NCBI GenBank assembly: GCA_041659445.1 | Contig: JBAZYG010000001.1 | Span: 120,001 to 152,000, forward strand | Length of the DNA: 32,000 nucleotides | Source of the DNA: Candidatus Saccharimonadota bacterium | Lineage (GTDB): Archaea > Nanobdellota > Nanobdellia > Pacearchaeales > GW2011-AR1 | Direction: 5' to 3' | In this document: in pieces, positions 23,853-32,000 of the stretch | Layout: the number at the start of each line of letters is the position of its first letter | Numbering within the stretch: position 1 is the first letter of the stretch | Position numbers and translations under genes: made by a program | Notes under the pieces: model-generated | Databases searched by the model: none | What the model saw: only the letters and a program-made list of their open reading frames with translations | Told to the model about the DNA's origin: nothing

Positions 23853-25529
23853 CTAAAGAGTTCTTGATTTTAATTCTTCGAAAATTTCCTTTAAATCTAT
23901 TTCAAGAATTGAAATTGGCATTTTTATTTTCCAGTTTTTTAATATTTTAGGATGAACTTCTCCGAAAAAACCAATAATTTTATTCTTAAAATTAATTTCA
24001 GCTGTTCTTCCATCGATTAAATGCAAGGGGGTATCTTTTTGTGATTCTTTGTATTCTAATTTAATATTCATCATTTTTTCTAAATAATTTATTACTTGTT
24101 TCATATCTGTGAAGTTTCCAGGAGCAATCCCTATACTTAGTTTTTCTTTTTCAATTATTTCTTTTTGAGATGATTTTTCAAAAATTTTTCCGATTTCAAA
24201 TATTTTTTGAGGATATTCTGAATCAATGTTTCTTGAAAATGTTTTTAAAATATAAGAAGAAAGGTTTTTTCTTAAGATATTGTATTCGGTTTTTGATTCA
24301 ATTAAAAAGATACAATCCTTTTCTGTTTTTTCTGGTATTCCCATTTTTTCGAATTGATCTGGTAATGTTGTTAAATGAAAGTTGGAAACTTCCAAAAAAT
24401 TTAATCCAATTAAAATTTCGCTAATTTTTTTCTTGCAATTTTCTTCAAAGTTTTCTTCTCCAATGCTTGAAATATTTGGAATTTCTGGAACAAAATTTTC
24501 ATAACCATATGCAATTGCTATTTCTTCTATTAAATCAACTTCATGAAGAATATCTGTTCTCCAAGGAGCTATTTCTACTTCTTTTGTTTTAGAATCATAA
24601 TCATGTCCCATTTTTTCAAATAATTTTTTCAAATCTTTTTCTTGTAAATTTAATCCAAGTAATTTGTTTGAGTTTTCCAACGAGAATTTTATTTTTTCAG
24701 TTTGAAAATTTGGTGTAATTCTGTTTTCTCTTGATTTTATTTTCATTTGATAAACTTTTCCACCAATATCTGCAAAAGTTGAAGATAAGATATTTATGCA
24801 CTTTTCCAAAACATCCAAATTATATCCAGAGCATTCTATAAAAATATCTTTTGTTTTTTCATCAACTCTTCCTGTGTTTTCTGAATTTATTATCGGAGGC
24901 ATACTTAATACTTGATTATTTGAATCATGAAATATTGGAAATTTTACTTTTCCTTTTAATAAAGAAGCATAGTCTCTTCCTGTGGGATGTCTTTGTAAAA
25001 TTTCAAGTCCAGACATTTCTTTTCCTCCAGGAGAATCTAACGGAATAAATTTTATTTTATCTGGTTCAAGTGCTTTATAATATATCGGTAATTTTATTTT
25101 TTCTAGAGGATAAACGCCAATTGCTAATTTTTTTCTTTTTCTTCCAATTGTTGCATGTAGCTTTTCCTGAATGTCAATTATTTCTTTTATTTTTTCGTTG
25201 TCTAATTTCAAATCTTTAACAATTGCACAAGCAGTGAAAGGACGAATATCTTTTACAGATGAATCCACAATTATTTCATAATCTTTTTCTGGTTTGTTCA
25301 ATTCATATTTTTTTAATCCAGGTTTTTTTTCTAAGAATGCTAAAAAAGAACGTTTGAATCCAGAGTAAGACAATAAGTCAGGACGATTTGGAAAAATTTC
25401 AATTTCAATTTCTTCTTCATTAAAAGATTCTAAGGGTGTTCCGAATAATGCAATTCTTTGTTGCATTTTTTCATCTAATTTTCCAATGTCTTTTTCAAAT
25501 TGTTTTCTTGATATTTTTATATTTGCCAT
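23853..25529 (-). CDS. pheT: Phenylalanine--tRNA ligase beta subunit (archaeal type)
   Basis: 558 aa. Starts MANIKISRKQFEKDIG, contains FPNRPDLLS. Sits immediately downstream of pheS with a 1-nt gap. Confidence 0.9.
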   Translation of the reverse strand: MANIKISRKQFEKDIGKLDEKMQQRIALFGTPLESFNEEEIEIEIFPNRPDLLSYSGFKRSFLAFLEKKPGLKKYELNKPEKDYEIIVDSSVKDIRPFTACAIVKDLKLDNEKIKEIIDIQEKLHATIGRKRKKLAIGVYPLEKIKLPIYYKALEPDKIKFIPLDSPGGKEMSGLEILQRHPTGRDYASLLKGKVKFPIFHDSNNQVLSMPPIINSENTGRVDEKTKDIFIECSGYNLDVLEKCINILSSTFADIGGKVYQMKIKSRENRITPNFQTEKIKFSLENSNKLLGLNLQEKDLKKLFEKMGHDYDSKTKEVEIAPWRTDILHEVDLIEEIAIAYGYENFVPEIPNISSIGEENFEENCKKKISEILIGLNFLEVSNFHLTTLPDQFEKMGIPEKTEKDCIFLIESKTEYNILRKNLSSYILKTFSRNIDSEYPQKIFEIGKIFEKSSQKEIIEKEKLSIGIAPGNFTDMKQVINYLEKMMNIKLEYKESQKDTPLHLIDGRTAEINFKNKIIGFFGEVHPKILKNWKIKMPISILEIDLKEIFEELKSRTL

Positions 25530-25530
25530 C

Positions 25531-27045
25531 TTATTTTATCCAAGTTTTTATATTTCTCAATTGAGTTAAATCATTTTTGTATAAATCTCTTAAATCTTTT
25601 ATTTCATAATAATCCATTAAAATTCTATCAAAACCCGGACCCCAAGCTAAAACAGGAATATACTCTCCTAAAAGTGGAACAACAACTTCTGGACGTAAAA
25701 TTCCTGCACCGCCTAATTCAAGCCACTTGTTTTTTTCAGGATGCCACACATTTATTTCAACTGATGGTTCTGTATATGGAAAATAAGCAGGAGTAAATCT
25801 TATTTTTTCAAATCCCATTTTTTTGAAGAATTGTTTTAAATATCCTAGCAAATGTCTGAAATTTGCATTTTTATCGATGACAATTCCTTCTGTTTGATTG
25901 AATTCAAAACCATGAGACCAATCAACTGTTTCATTTCTAAAGCATTTTCCAATTGCGAAAAATTTTTCTGGTTTTTCAAATTTTTTTAATTCATAAAGTT
26001 TTAAAGCAGATAAACAAGTTGTATGTGTTCTTAAAACAAGTTTTTTTGCTTCTTCTTCATCCCATTCATAATTCCATCCTTTGCTTTTTGAAACTCCTTT
26101 TTCATGAGCTTCTTTAATCATTTTCATTATTTTTTTATCATTAATTTCTGTTTTTTCTTTTAGAAAAAAAGTGTCTTGCATTTCTCTAACTGGATGATCT
26201 TGTGCTGTGAATAATGCGTCGAAATTCCAAAAACTAGATTGAACAATATTTCCATTCATTTCTTTAAATCCCATTTCTTTCCATATTTCTCGAGCATAGT
26301 CTATTGCTGAATTAACAAAATGTCTTTTCCCACCATATATTCTTGGAACGTGTCCGTTAATATCATATCTTCTAAATTTTTTTCCTTTCCAATTTTTTTC
26401 ATCTTTTATTATTTCAGGTGAAAGTTGTTCTATTAAGAATTCTGAATTTAAATTTGATTTTAAAAGTTCTTTTCCTAATTCAGTTATTTCTATTTTTATA
26501 TCTTTTTTTTCTTGTATTTCGACGATATTTTTTCTTTTTTGCAAGGATTCAAAAGCAAATTTTTGTTCAGGTGTTAATTTATCATAATCTAAAGGAATAT
26601 TTTCAATGAAAATTTCTTCAAGACTTTTTTTTGCAATTTCTTCTTTGTTTGCATTGAAAATTATTTTTTCATTTTTTAATTCAATCAATGCCTTTTTCTT
26701 TAATACTCCAATCGAAGCCTTGAATTCATCATTTGAAAGTTTTGTTTCTTTTTGTGCATCTTTTAATGTTAAAATTCTTTTTGCGTTAAGTAAATTTAGT
26801 AAAATTCTTTCTGGAAGCCCCTTTCTCTTATATAAAATTCCATTAATTCCTAATTCAATTATTTTCTTTTTTAAAAAATTTAATTTAATTATTTCTTTTT
26901 TATTTAGATATTCTAATGCTCTTAAAACAGTTGTTCTATCTAAATTTGATTTTTTGCAAATATCTTCTATATTTTTTTCTTCAAGATGTGGAAAGATTTT
27001 TCTTTCAATAGGACTTAAAGATTCGATTATCTTTTGGTTTGTCAT
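25531..27045 (-). CDS. pheS: Phenylalanine--tRNA ligase alpha subunit (archaeal type)
   Basis: Winged-helix N-terminal repeats. Class II core with HPVREMQDTFF, RTHTT, FAIGKCFRNE and LELGGAGILRPEV. Confidence 0.9.
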   Translation of the reverse strand: MTNQKIIESLSPIERKIFPHLEEKNIEDICKKSNLDRTTVLRALEYLNKKEIIKLNFLKKKIIELGINGILYKRKGLPERILLNLLNAKRILTLKDAQKETKLSNDEFKASIGVLKKKALIELKNEKIIFNANKEEIAKKSLEEIFIENIPLDYDKLTPEQKFAFESLQKRKNIVEIQEKKDIKIEITELGKELLKSNLNSEFLIEQLSPEIIKDEKNWKGKKFRRYDINGHVPRIYGGKRHFVNSAIDYAREIWKEMGFKEMNGNIVQSSFWNFDALFTAQDHPVREMQDTFFLKEKTEINDKKIMKMIKEAHEKGVSKSKGWNYEWDEEEAKKLVLRTHTTCLSALKLYELKKFEKPEKFFAIGKCFRNETVDWSHGFEFNQTEGIVIDKNANFRHLLGYLKQFFKKMGFEKIRFTPAYFPYTEPSVEINVWHPEKNKWLELGGAGILRPEVVVPLLGEYIPVLAWGPGFDRILMDYYEIKDLRDLYKNDLTQLRNIKTWIK

Positions 27046-27093
27046 GATATTTTTTGGTTATTTTAGTTAAAAAATCTTTGTTTTATGGTTAAA

Positions 27094-27101
27094 TTTATAT
27101 A
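27094..27101 (+). promoter_or_regulatory. TATA-box-like element for 27123..28376
   Basis: tttatata centred about 26 nt upstream of the ATG. Confidence 0.4.
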
Positions 27102-27122
27102 CATTCTTGATTTTTTAATAAA

Positions 27123-28376
27123 ATGAATAAAAAGGGGTTATCATCTGTTGTTACAACAATTTTAATTATTGCAGTGTCAATTGTTGTTTTAGCTATTTTA
27201 AGTTTTGTTGTTATTAATCTTGTTAGAAATGGTGGGTCTATGATTTCTCTCGGGCAGTTCACAATAGATGTTAGTCTTAAATCTGCAAGCATTGATTATG
27301 ATGATGGAACAGCGAATGTTAAAGTTGCAAGAGGTGTTGGAAATAGTAATTTAATTGGATTAAAATTTGTTTTTGAAGATTCTTTAAATTCAGAAGTTGT
27401 TGAAAGACGTTTTACAGATTTGGATGAATTAGAAGAAAGGACTTTTGTTTTTAATTTAACTAGTGAATGTCCCAATTTAATTTTAACAGATATTCGAAAA
27501 GTTTCAATTGTTCCAATTATTTTATCTGACGATGAAAAAGAAATTCTTGGGTCAATTAATAAAGATAGTGGTTCATTTACTTTTGATTTAACTAATCAAA
27601 CTGAAAGTTTTATTGAACCTTCATATTGTACTGAAAATTCAGATTGTGGAATAGATTATTTAATTGATGGAACTAGATATTGTTCTTCAAATAATCTATA
27701 TCAATATAAGAAAATTTATACGTGTAATTTGGGTTTTTGCACTGCTGTTTCTGAACCAATAATGTTAGAAGATTGTGCATATTTATGTTTTGTAGATTCT
27801 TGTATTTCAGAACAAGTTTCTTGCAACCCTGGGCAAATTGAAGAAGATTGTGGTGTTAATGGATGGACTGGTCCTAAAACCTGTTCTGTTGAGGGAGATT
27901 TGGATTCAGTAATACAAGATTGGAAAGAATATTCTTGTATAGATCATACATGTTCTGTAGAAATTTATTCACAAACTTTTCAAGTTTGCACTTCTGAAGA
28001 AATATGTTATGAAGGAGCATGTTTTATACCGCTTGAATGCACTCAGAATTCAGATTGCGATCTTGGTGAAACTTGTAACGAGGGAAGTTGTGTTACAGAA
28101 ATTGCTTTAAATTCAGGAGCAATTACTTCAATATGGCCTTTTGGAATTGGGGAATATTTTGATAGCACTAGTTTAACAGATCCTACAATTGAAAGTTACG
28201 TTGGTAAATATATTTCTTTTTCTGGAAATCAACAAGGCTGTTTAGAAATTGTAGAACATTTGTGGCCTGCTAAACCAAACGGAGCACCTTATGTTAGATT
28301 AAATGTAAGTTCAACAAATATTTCTGCAGGAGAAAATTATTACATTTGGGAAACTAATTTTTATTGTAATATTTAA
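27123..28376 (+). CDS. Archaeal type IV pilin-like (class III signal peptide) surface protein with a Cys-rich C-terminal region
   Basis: N-terminus MNKKGLSSVVTTILIIAVSIVVLAIL has the short basic leader, KG cleavage-type motif and hydrophobic helix typical of the archaeal flagellin/pilin N-terminal domain. About 23 Cys by eye in the C-terminal two thirds. Confidence 0.7.
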   Translation: MNKKGLSSVVTTILIIAVSIVVLAILSFVVINLVRNGGSMISLGQFTIDVSLKSASIDYDDGTANVKVARGVGNSNLIGLKFVFEDSLNSEVVERRFTDLDELEERTFVFNLTSECPNLILTDIRKVSIVPIILSDDEKEILGSINKDSGSFTFDLTNQTESFIEPSYCTENSDCGIDYLIDGTRYCSSNNLYQYKKIYTCNLGFCTAVSEPIMLEDCAYLCFVDSCISEQVSCNPGQIEEDCGVNGWTGPKTCSVEGDLDSVIQDWKEYSCIDHTCSVEIYSQTFQVCTSEEICYEGACFIPLECTQNSDCDLGETCNEGSCVTEIALNSGAITSIWPFGIGEYFDSTSLTDPTIESYVGKYISFSGNQQGCLEIVEHLWPAKPNGAPYVRLNVSSTNISAGENYYIWETNFYCNI

Positions 28377-28385
28377 TTTTAAAAA

Positions 28386-28838
28386 TTAGTTATTTTTTAA
28401 CATCCACGTCGGCATACCTAAAACAGAACTTAATGAATCTAAATTATATTTTTGATTTTTAGATATTTCTTTTTCAGAAATAAATTCCATTTGAATTTTA
28501 TTTTTGTTGCATAATTTTATATTTTGAACAATTCTTGCAATAATTTTTTCTTTTTCTTTTGATTTTTTCAATTCATCAAGATTTATTCCAAGTTTTATTT
28601 TTTTGTTTTTCATTACTTTCGCCATTACTTGATTAAATCCTGAATTTCTTTGTTTTTGAAAATCTTTTCGATTTTCAAGTTTTAGTAAAAGAATTTTAAT
28701 TTCAAGTTTTTCAATGACTTTTCGATTTAATTCATCGTCTTCACTTGTGAAAATTATTTCTTTATCTTTATTTTTTTTTATTAAATCTCTTAATTTATTA
28801 AAATCTTTTTCTATCAAAATAATTCTTTTTTTATCCAT
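28386..28838 (-). CDS. rnp3: RNase P protein component 3 (Rpp30-like), short form
   Basis: NRKD...GFNQVMAKVMKNKKIKLGINL...IARIVQNIKLCNKNKI...NLDSLSSVLGMP parallels the C-terminal half of archaeal Rpp30 (NRKDPGIDHVLAKLM...LISLGVVIGM pattern, recalled from Pyrococcus). Confidence 0.6.
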   Translation of the reverse strand: MDKKRIILIEKDFNKLRDLIKKNKDKEIIFTSEDDELNRKVIEKLEIKILLLKLENRKDFQKQRNSGFNQVMAKVMKNKKIKLGINLDELKKSKEKEKIIARIVQNIKLCNKNKIQMEFISEKEISKNQKYNLDSLSSVLGMPTWMLKNN

Positions 28839-28859
28839 TTACCTTTAAATTAAGAAGAA

Positions 28860-28867
28860 TTTATAAA
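28860..28867 (+). promoter_or_regulatory. TATA-box-like element for 28895..30250
   Basis: tttataaa centred about 31 nt upstream of the ATG. Confidence 0.35.
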
Positions 28868-28894
28868 TCTGTTTTTATTTATTTCTTAGATAAA

Positions 28895-30250
28895 ATGGGG
28901 GATAAAAAAGGGGTGTCATCAGTTATTACAACTCTTTTAATAATTGTTGTTGCATTAGTTGCAGTAGTTATTGTTTGGGGGGTTGTCAAGAATGTTTCTG
29001 ATAAAACAAAAGAAAGGGCAGTTTTAGATGTTCTTTTAATAGATTTAGATATTCAAAAAGTTACATTTAATCAATCTGAAAGCTTAGCAACGATTTGGAT
29101 TAAGAGAAATAAAGGCGAAGGAAATTTAGTTGGAGTAAGATTTATTTTAACAAATGGGTATCATTCTCAAGTTTATGATGAAAATACAACGATGCAAGAA
29201 TTAGGTTCTCAGGTTTTTCCTTTAACTTACAACGATAGTTTAAGTGAAATTTATGTTTCTCCGATTATTGAATTAAGTTCGGGTGAAAGAATTTATGGAG
29301 AAGTTTTAGAATATTACAAGTATGCAGAACCGAGTGCGTTGTTCTTGAATTTTTGTGGAAATGATATTTGTAATGAGGGTGAAGATGCTCAATGGTGTGG
29401 AAAGTGGAATGGTTTAGATTGTGACCCTGTATGTGGAAATTCTGTTTGTGAATCAAGTGCTGGAGAAACTATTATAAATTGTATTGTAGATTGTTATGCT
29501 ATTTGTGGAAATCTTAATTGTGAATCTCCTTATGAAAATTCATCAAACTGTGCAGGAGATTGCCCTATAGCTTGTGGTAATTCAATTTGTGAAACAGGAG
29601 AAAATAATGAAAACTGTCATGGGGATTGTTTAACTGCTGTTTGTGGAAATACTGTTTGTGAATCAACTTATGGTGGTGAAAATTCATCAAACTGTGCAGG
29701 AGACTGTCCTGTGATTTGTGGTAATTCAATTTGTGAAACAGGTGAGTTTGGAGTTTGCCATCAAGATTGTCCTTATACTTTATCTTTTGAAAATTTAGGA
29801 TACTCTGGTTTTGAATCTGGAACTCAGGGTTGGACATTTGGAGGAGTCAATAGTGAAAGAAGTAGTGTTTATAGTATGTCTAAGGACGATGGTTTAGTTG
29901 GTGGAAGTTATTCTGCACATATTCAAGATGATGTTACCAATTCTTATTTTTACAAATCTTTTAATCTTAGTGGTGGTTCATTTATTTCAATGAAGTTTTA
30001 TTATCGTATCGTTGGTTTTGAAGGTTATGAATATACTGAAATTCTTTGTGATGGAAATCAAGTTTGGAATTTTACTTGTCCTGGAACTTGTAATTATTAT
30101 TGGACCTTAAATACAATAAATATTACTAATGAAGATTGCGTTTTTGATGAATCTGTAATGATTAAATTTAATCGTGCGGGTCAAGGTTCTGATGATGATG
30201 CTTATTTCGATGGTATAAATTTAACTGTTGCAAGATATGTTCCCTTATAA
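28895..30250 (+). CDS. Archaeal type IV pilin-like (class III signal peptide) surface protein with tandem CGNxxCE Cys-rich modules
   Basis: N-terminus MGDKKGVSSVITTLLIIVVALVAVVIVWGVV. The post-helix domain is homologous to that of 27123..28376 (NLVGVRFIL versus NLIGLKFVF). Five to six modules of the form CGN(S/T)(I/V)CE...NC.GDC. About 28 Cys by eye. Confidence 0.7.
   Translation: MGDKKGVSSVITTLLIIVVALVAVVIVWGVVKNVSDKTKERAVLDVLLIDLDIQKVTFNQSESLATIWIKRNKGEGNLVGVRFILTNGYHSQVYDENTTMQELGSQVFPLTYNDSLSEIYVSPIIELSSGERIYGEVLEYYKYAEPSALFLNFCGNDICNEGEDAQWCGKWNGLDCDPVCGNSVCESSAGETIINCIVDCYAICGNLNCESPYENSSNCAGDCPIACGNSICETGENNENCHGDCLTAVCGNTVCESTYGGENSSNCAGDCPVICGNSICETGEFGVCHQDCPYTLSFENLGYSGFESGTQGWTFGGVNSERSSVYSMSKDDGLVGGSYSAHIQDDVTNSYFYKSFNLSGGSFISMKFYYRIVGFEGYEYTEILCDGNQVWNFTCPGTCNYYWTLNTINITNEDCVFDESVMIKFNRAGQGSDDDAYFDGINLTVARYVPL
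29534..29598 (+). repeat. 65-nt intragenic direct repeat, copy 1 (partner at 29678..29742)
   Basis: gaaaattcatcaaactgtgcaggaga...ttgtggtaattcaatttgtgaaacagg, with 59 of 65 nt identical by hand alignment. The period is 144 nt (48 aa, a two-module unit). Confidence 0.85.
29678..29742 (+). repeat. 65-nt intragenic direct repeat, copy 2
   Basis: See copy 1. Confidence 0.85.
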
Positions 30251-30253
30251 TCA

Positions 30254-30946
30254 TTAACCAGAAATTGTTGTTCCAATAAATTTTTTATTTTTTAAGAAAT
30301 TTTCTAATTCTTTTACATTGTCTCCGATGATATAAGTTGGAATTTTGTTTCTTAAAATTATTTTTGATGCAGATGAATCTAGAACAAAATGTAATCCTGG
30401 TTTGAATTTTATTTTATTTGCCATTTTTTCAAATTCTTTCCAAGATATTTTTGGAATAAATTTTGCGTCTTTGTGTTCTAAAGGGTTTTTATCGTGAAGT
30501 CCTTTTGGAACATTTGTTAAATTTATGAATCTTGCTTTTAATTCTTGTGCAATTTCTGCAGAAGTTGAATCAGATGTTTGATGTGGTTGATATTCTAATG
30601 CACCGCAAAAAACAATGTCTTGTTCTTTTAAATAATGTTGAATTTCATACATTGTGTGAGGAATTCCTTTTATTGGATTTAATCCGAAAAAATAACTCAT
30701 AAATCTTGCATTAGTTCTAGTAGAAGATATTCCAATTAAACTTTGAAATCGTTCGTCTTTTCCTATTTGTTTTAATGCAGTTATGTATTCTCGAGCAATA
30801 CTTCCTCCGCCACATACGACGACAAATTTATATTTGTTTGTATTTTTTAATAAAATTTCTTTGAATTTTTTTAAATAATTAAAATTTATCTTATTTGGAA
30901 TTATTAAGCTTCCACCTAAGCTTAAAATCAATACCTCTTTTTTCAT
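30254..30946 (-). CDS. pyrH: UMP kinase (archaeal type)
   Basis: Amino-acid-kinase fold signatures LILSLGGSLI and VVVCGGGSIAREY. The size (~230 aa) is typical of archaeal PyrH. Confidence 0.85.
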   Translation of the reverse strand: MKKEVLILSLGGSLIIPNKINFNYLKKFKEILLKNTNKYKFVVVCGGGSIAREYITALKQIGKDERFQSLIGISSTRTNARFMSYFFGLNPIKGIPHTMYEIQHYLKEQDIVFCGALEYQPHQTSDSTSAEIAQELKARFINLTNVPKGLHDKNPLEHKDAKFIPKISWKEFEKMANKIKFKPGLHFVLDSSASKIILRNKIPTYIIGDNVKELENFLKNKKFIGTTISG

Positions 30947-31036
30947 GTATTTTTTAAGTTTTTCTTATTTTTAAGAGTTTTTAATGTTGAATTTCAGTAT
31001 ACAAATTATTTTTAAGGGTGGTTTTGTAGTTTTAGC

Positions 31037-31516
31037 ATGGGAAGAGAAATAAATATTGGTCCATACATTGCAGAAAGATTAATCTTTTTTAAAAAAGGAC
31101 GGAATCTTTTAGATACAATTCAAGATGAAATTCCTGATGCAGGAAGGTTTGGAAAAGTGAATATATATGACTTGGAATTTAAAATAAAAACAATTGATAG
31201 AGAATTTATTGTTGATGTAGGTCCTTTAAAGAAAGAGGATTGGTATCTTTTAGAAGAGCATATTTCTAGGTTGAAAGATAATTCTTTTTGGGAAAGTGAT
31301 AATAAATTAATGGATTTTAAAAAATGTATTGATAATAATTCATCTTTTGTTAGTAATAAGAAAGAAGAAATAATTAATAAAAACAAACTTAGAATTTCAG
31401 GAGTTTTTTATAATTTTAATGAAAAATTTTCTTATGATTATGTTCTTAATTGTATTGTTAAACCTTTAGGCTTATACAAAAATTTTCCAAGAAAAATTTT
31501 ATCTAATAGTAAATAA
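31037..31516 (+). CDS. Hypothetical protein (159 aa)
   Basis: ORF track entry. No recognisable motif. Its 3' end overlaps the convergent 31499..31780 by 18 nt. Confidence 0.5.
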   Translation: MGREINIGPYIAERLIFFKKGRNLLDTIQDEIPDAGRFGKVNIYDLEFKIKTIDREFIVDVGPLKKEDWYLLEEHISRLKDNSFWESDNKLMDFKKCIDNNSSFVSNKKEEIINKNKLRISGVFYNFNEKFSYDYVLNCIVKPLGLYKNFPRKILSNSK

Positions 31517-31780
31517 TTTGTTGTCTTTCACATTGAAAATTCCAAGCCTTACTCCAGAGTCAATCCATCCATGAGCATAATTTAGTGCTGCAAACGCATT
31601 TACATAATCTTGTTTTTTTTCAAAATATTCTGCATCTGAAATATAATTTTTTGCCATGTTGATTATTTCTTTTGCAGAATTTTCTTTTCCTTTTATAATG
31701 TTTTTTTGAATTATTTCAAACGCTGTTTTTGTGACATGAAAATATTTCTTTAATTTGTCTTTTGTTATCTTATTTTCCAT
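31499..31780 (-). CDS. DUF357-like small archaeal protein
   Basis: ISDAEYFEKKQDYVNAFAALNYAHGWIDSGVRLG matches my recollection of the DUF357 signature (...D...AL....YAeGWLDag). Confidence 0.5.
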   Translation of the reverse strand: MENKITKDKLKKYFHVTKTAFEIIQKNIIKGKENSAKEIINMAKNYISDAEYFEKKQDYVNAFAALNYAHGWIDSGVRLGIFNVKDNKLFTIR

Positions 31781-31846
31781 TTTATTTTAATTAATTGCAA
31801 ATATTTAAATAATTGGTTTTCATTAGTAAAATGTTAAAAGAGTAAG

Positions 31847-32000
31847 ATGAAAAAATTATTTGGAATTTTAGGAATTTTTGTATTAGTTTTTGCAGCAGGT
31901 GCTTTTGCTATTGAATCAAACCCAAATTCTTTTAATACAAATTCAATTGTAAAGCAAGTAGCTGAAGATAGAGGTTTGGATGCAGAGAAAGTTCAAGAAG
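31847..32000 (+). CDS. Secreted protein, N-terminal fragment (runs off the right edge)
   Basis: ATG at 31847. MKKLFGILGIFVLVFAAGAFAIESNPNSF is signal-peptide-like. The frame is open to the window end. Confidence 0.5.
   Translation, partial: MKKLFGILGIFVLVFAAGAFAIESNPNSFNTNSIVKQVAEDRGLDAEKVQE

Noticed and set aside
1-32000. CRISPR arrays, rRNA genes, transposases or integrases, toxin-antitoxin pairs.
   Set aside because: I scanned for regularly spaced repeats, GC-rich structured stretches and characteristic motifs. The only GC-rich islands are the three tRNA loci and the trm5 insert, and no spaced repeat array is present.

Overview
Very AT-rich, densely coding archaeal chromosome segment. 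By inference it comes from a small-genome DPANN-type archaeon. Supporting signs are Lys/Ile/Asn-rich proteins, TATA-like boxes about 25-30 nt upstream of many ATGs (leaderless-looking), an intron-bearing tRNA, and archaeal information-processing genes. Recognisable genes: partial family B DNA polymerase, FEN1, Trm5, a HerA/DUF87-type ATPase, RFC small and large subunits, ribosomal protein L41e (below the ORF-track size cutoff), ADP-forming acetyl-CoA synthetase alpha and beta, PheRS alpha and beta, a short Rpp30-like RNase P subunit, and archaeal UMP kinase. There are three tRNAs: Glu-CUC with a ~137-nt intron, Gln-CUG and Thr-GGU. The remaining ORFs are secreted or membrane proteins and orphan ORFs. 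I saw no CRISPR array, transposase, integrase or rRNA. Most unusual observations: (1) two orphan tRNA 5' fragments, each just upstream of an intact tRNA and followed by structured or GC-rich spacers, which could be split-tRNA halves or recombination scars; (2) the very long structured intron in tRNA-Glu; (3) a CYTH / 72-aa / nucleoside-deoxyribosyltransferase-like trio packed between rfcS and rfcL with intergenic gaps of 1 nt or less; (4) two paralogous pilin-like, extremely Cys-rich surface proteins; (5) ~70-bp direct repeats bracketing a sequon-rich surface glycoprotein gene; (6) a C-rich insert inside trm5. All functional calls rest on motif recognition by eye; no database search was possible.
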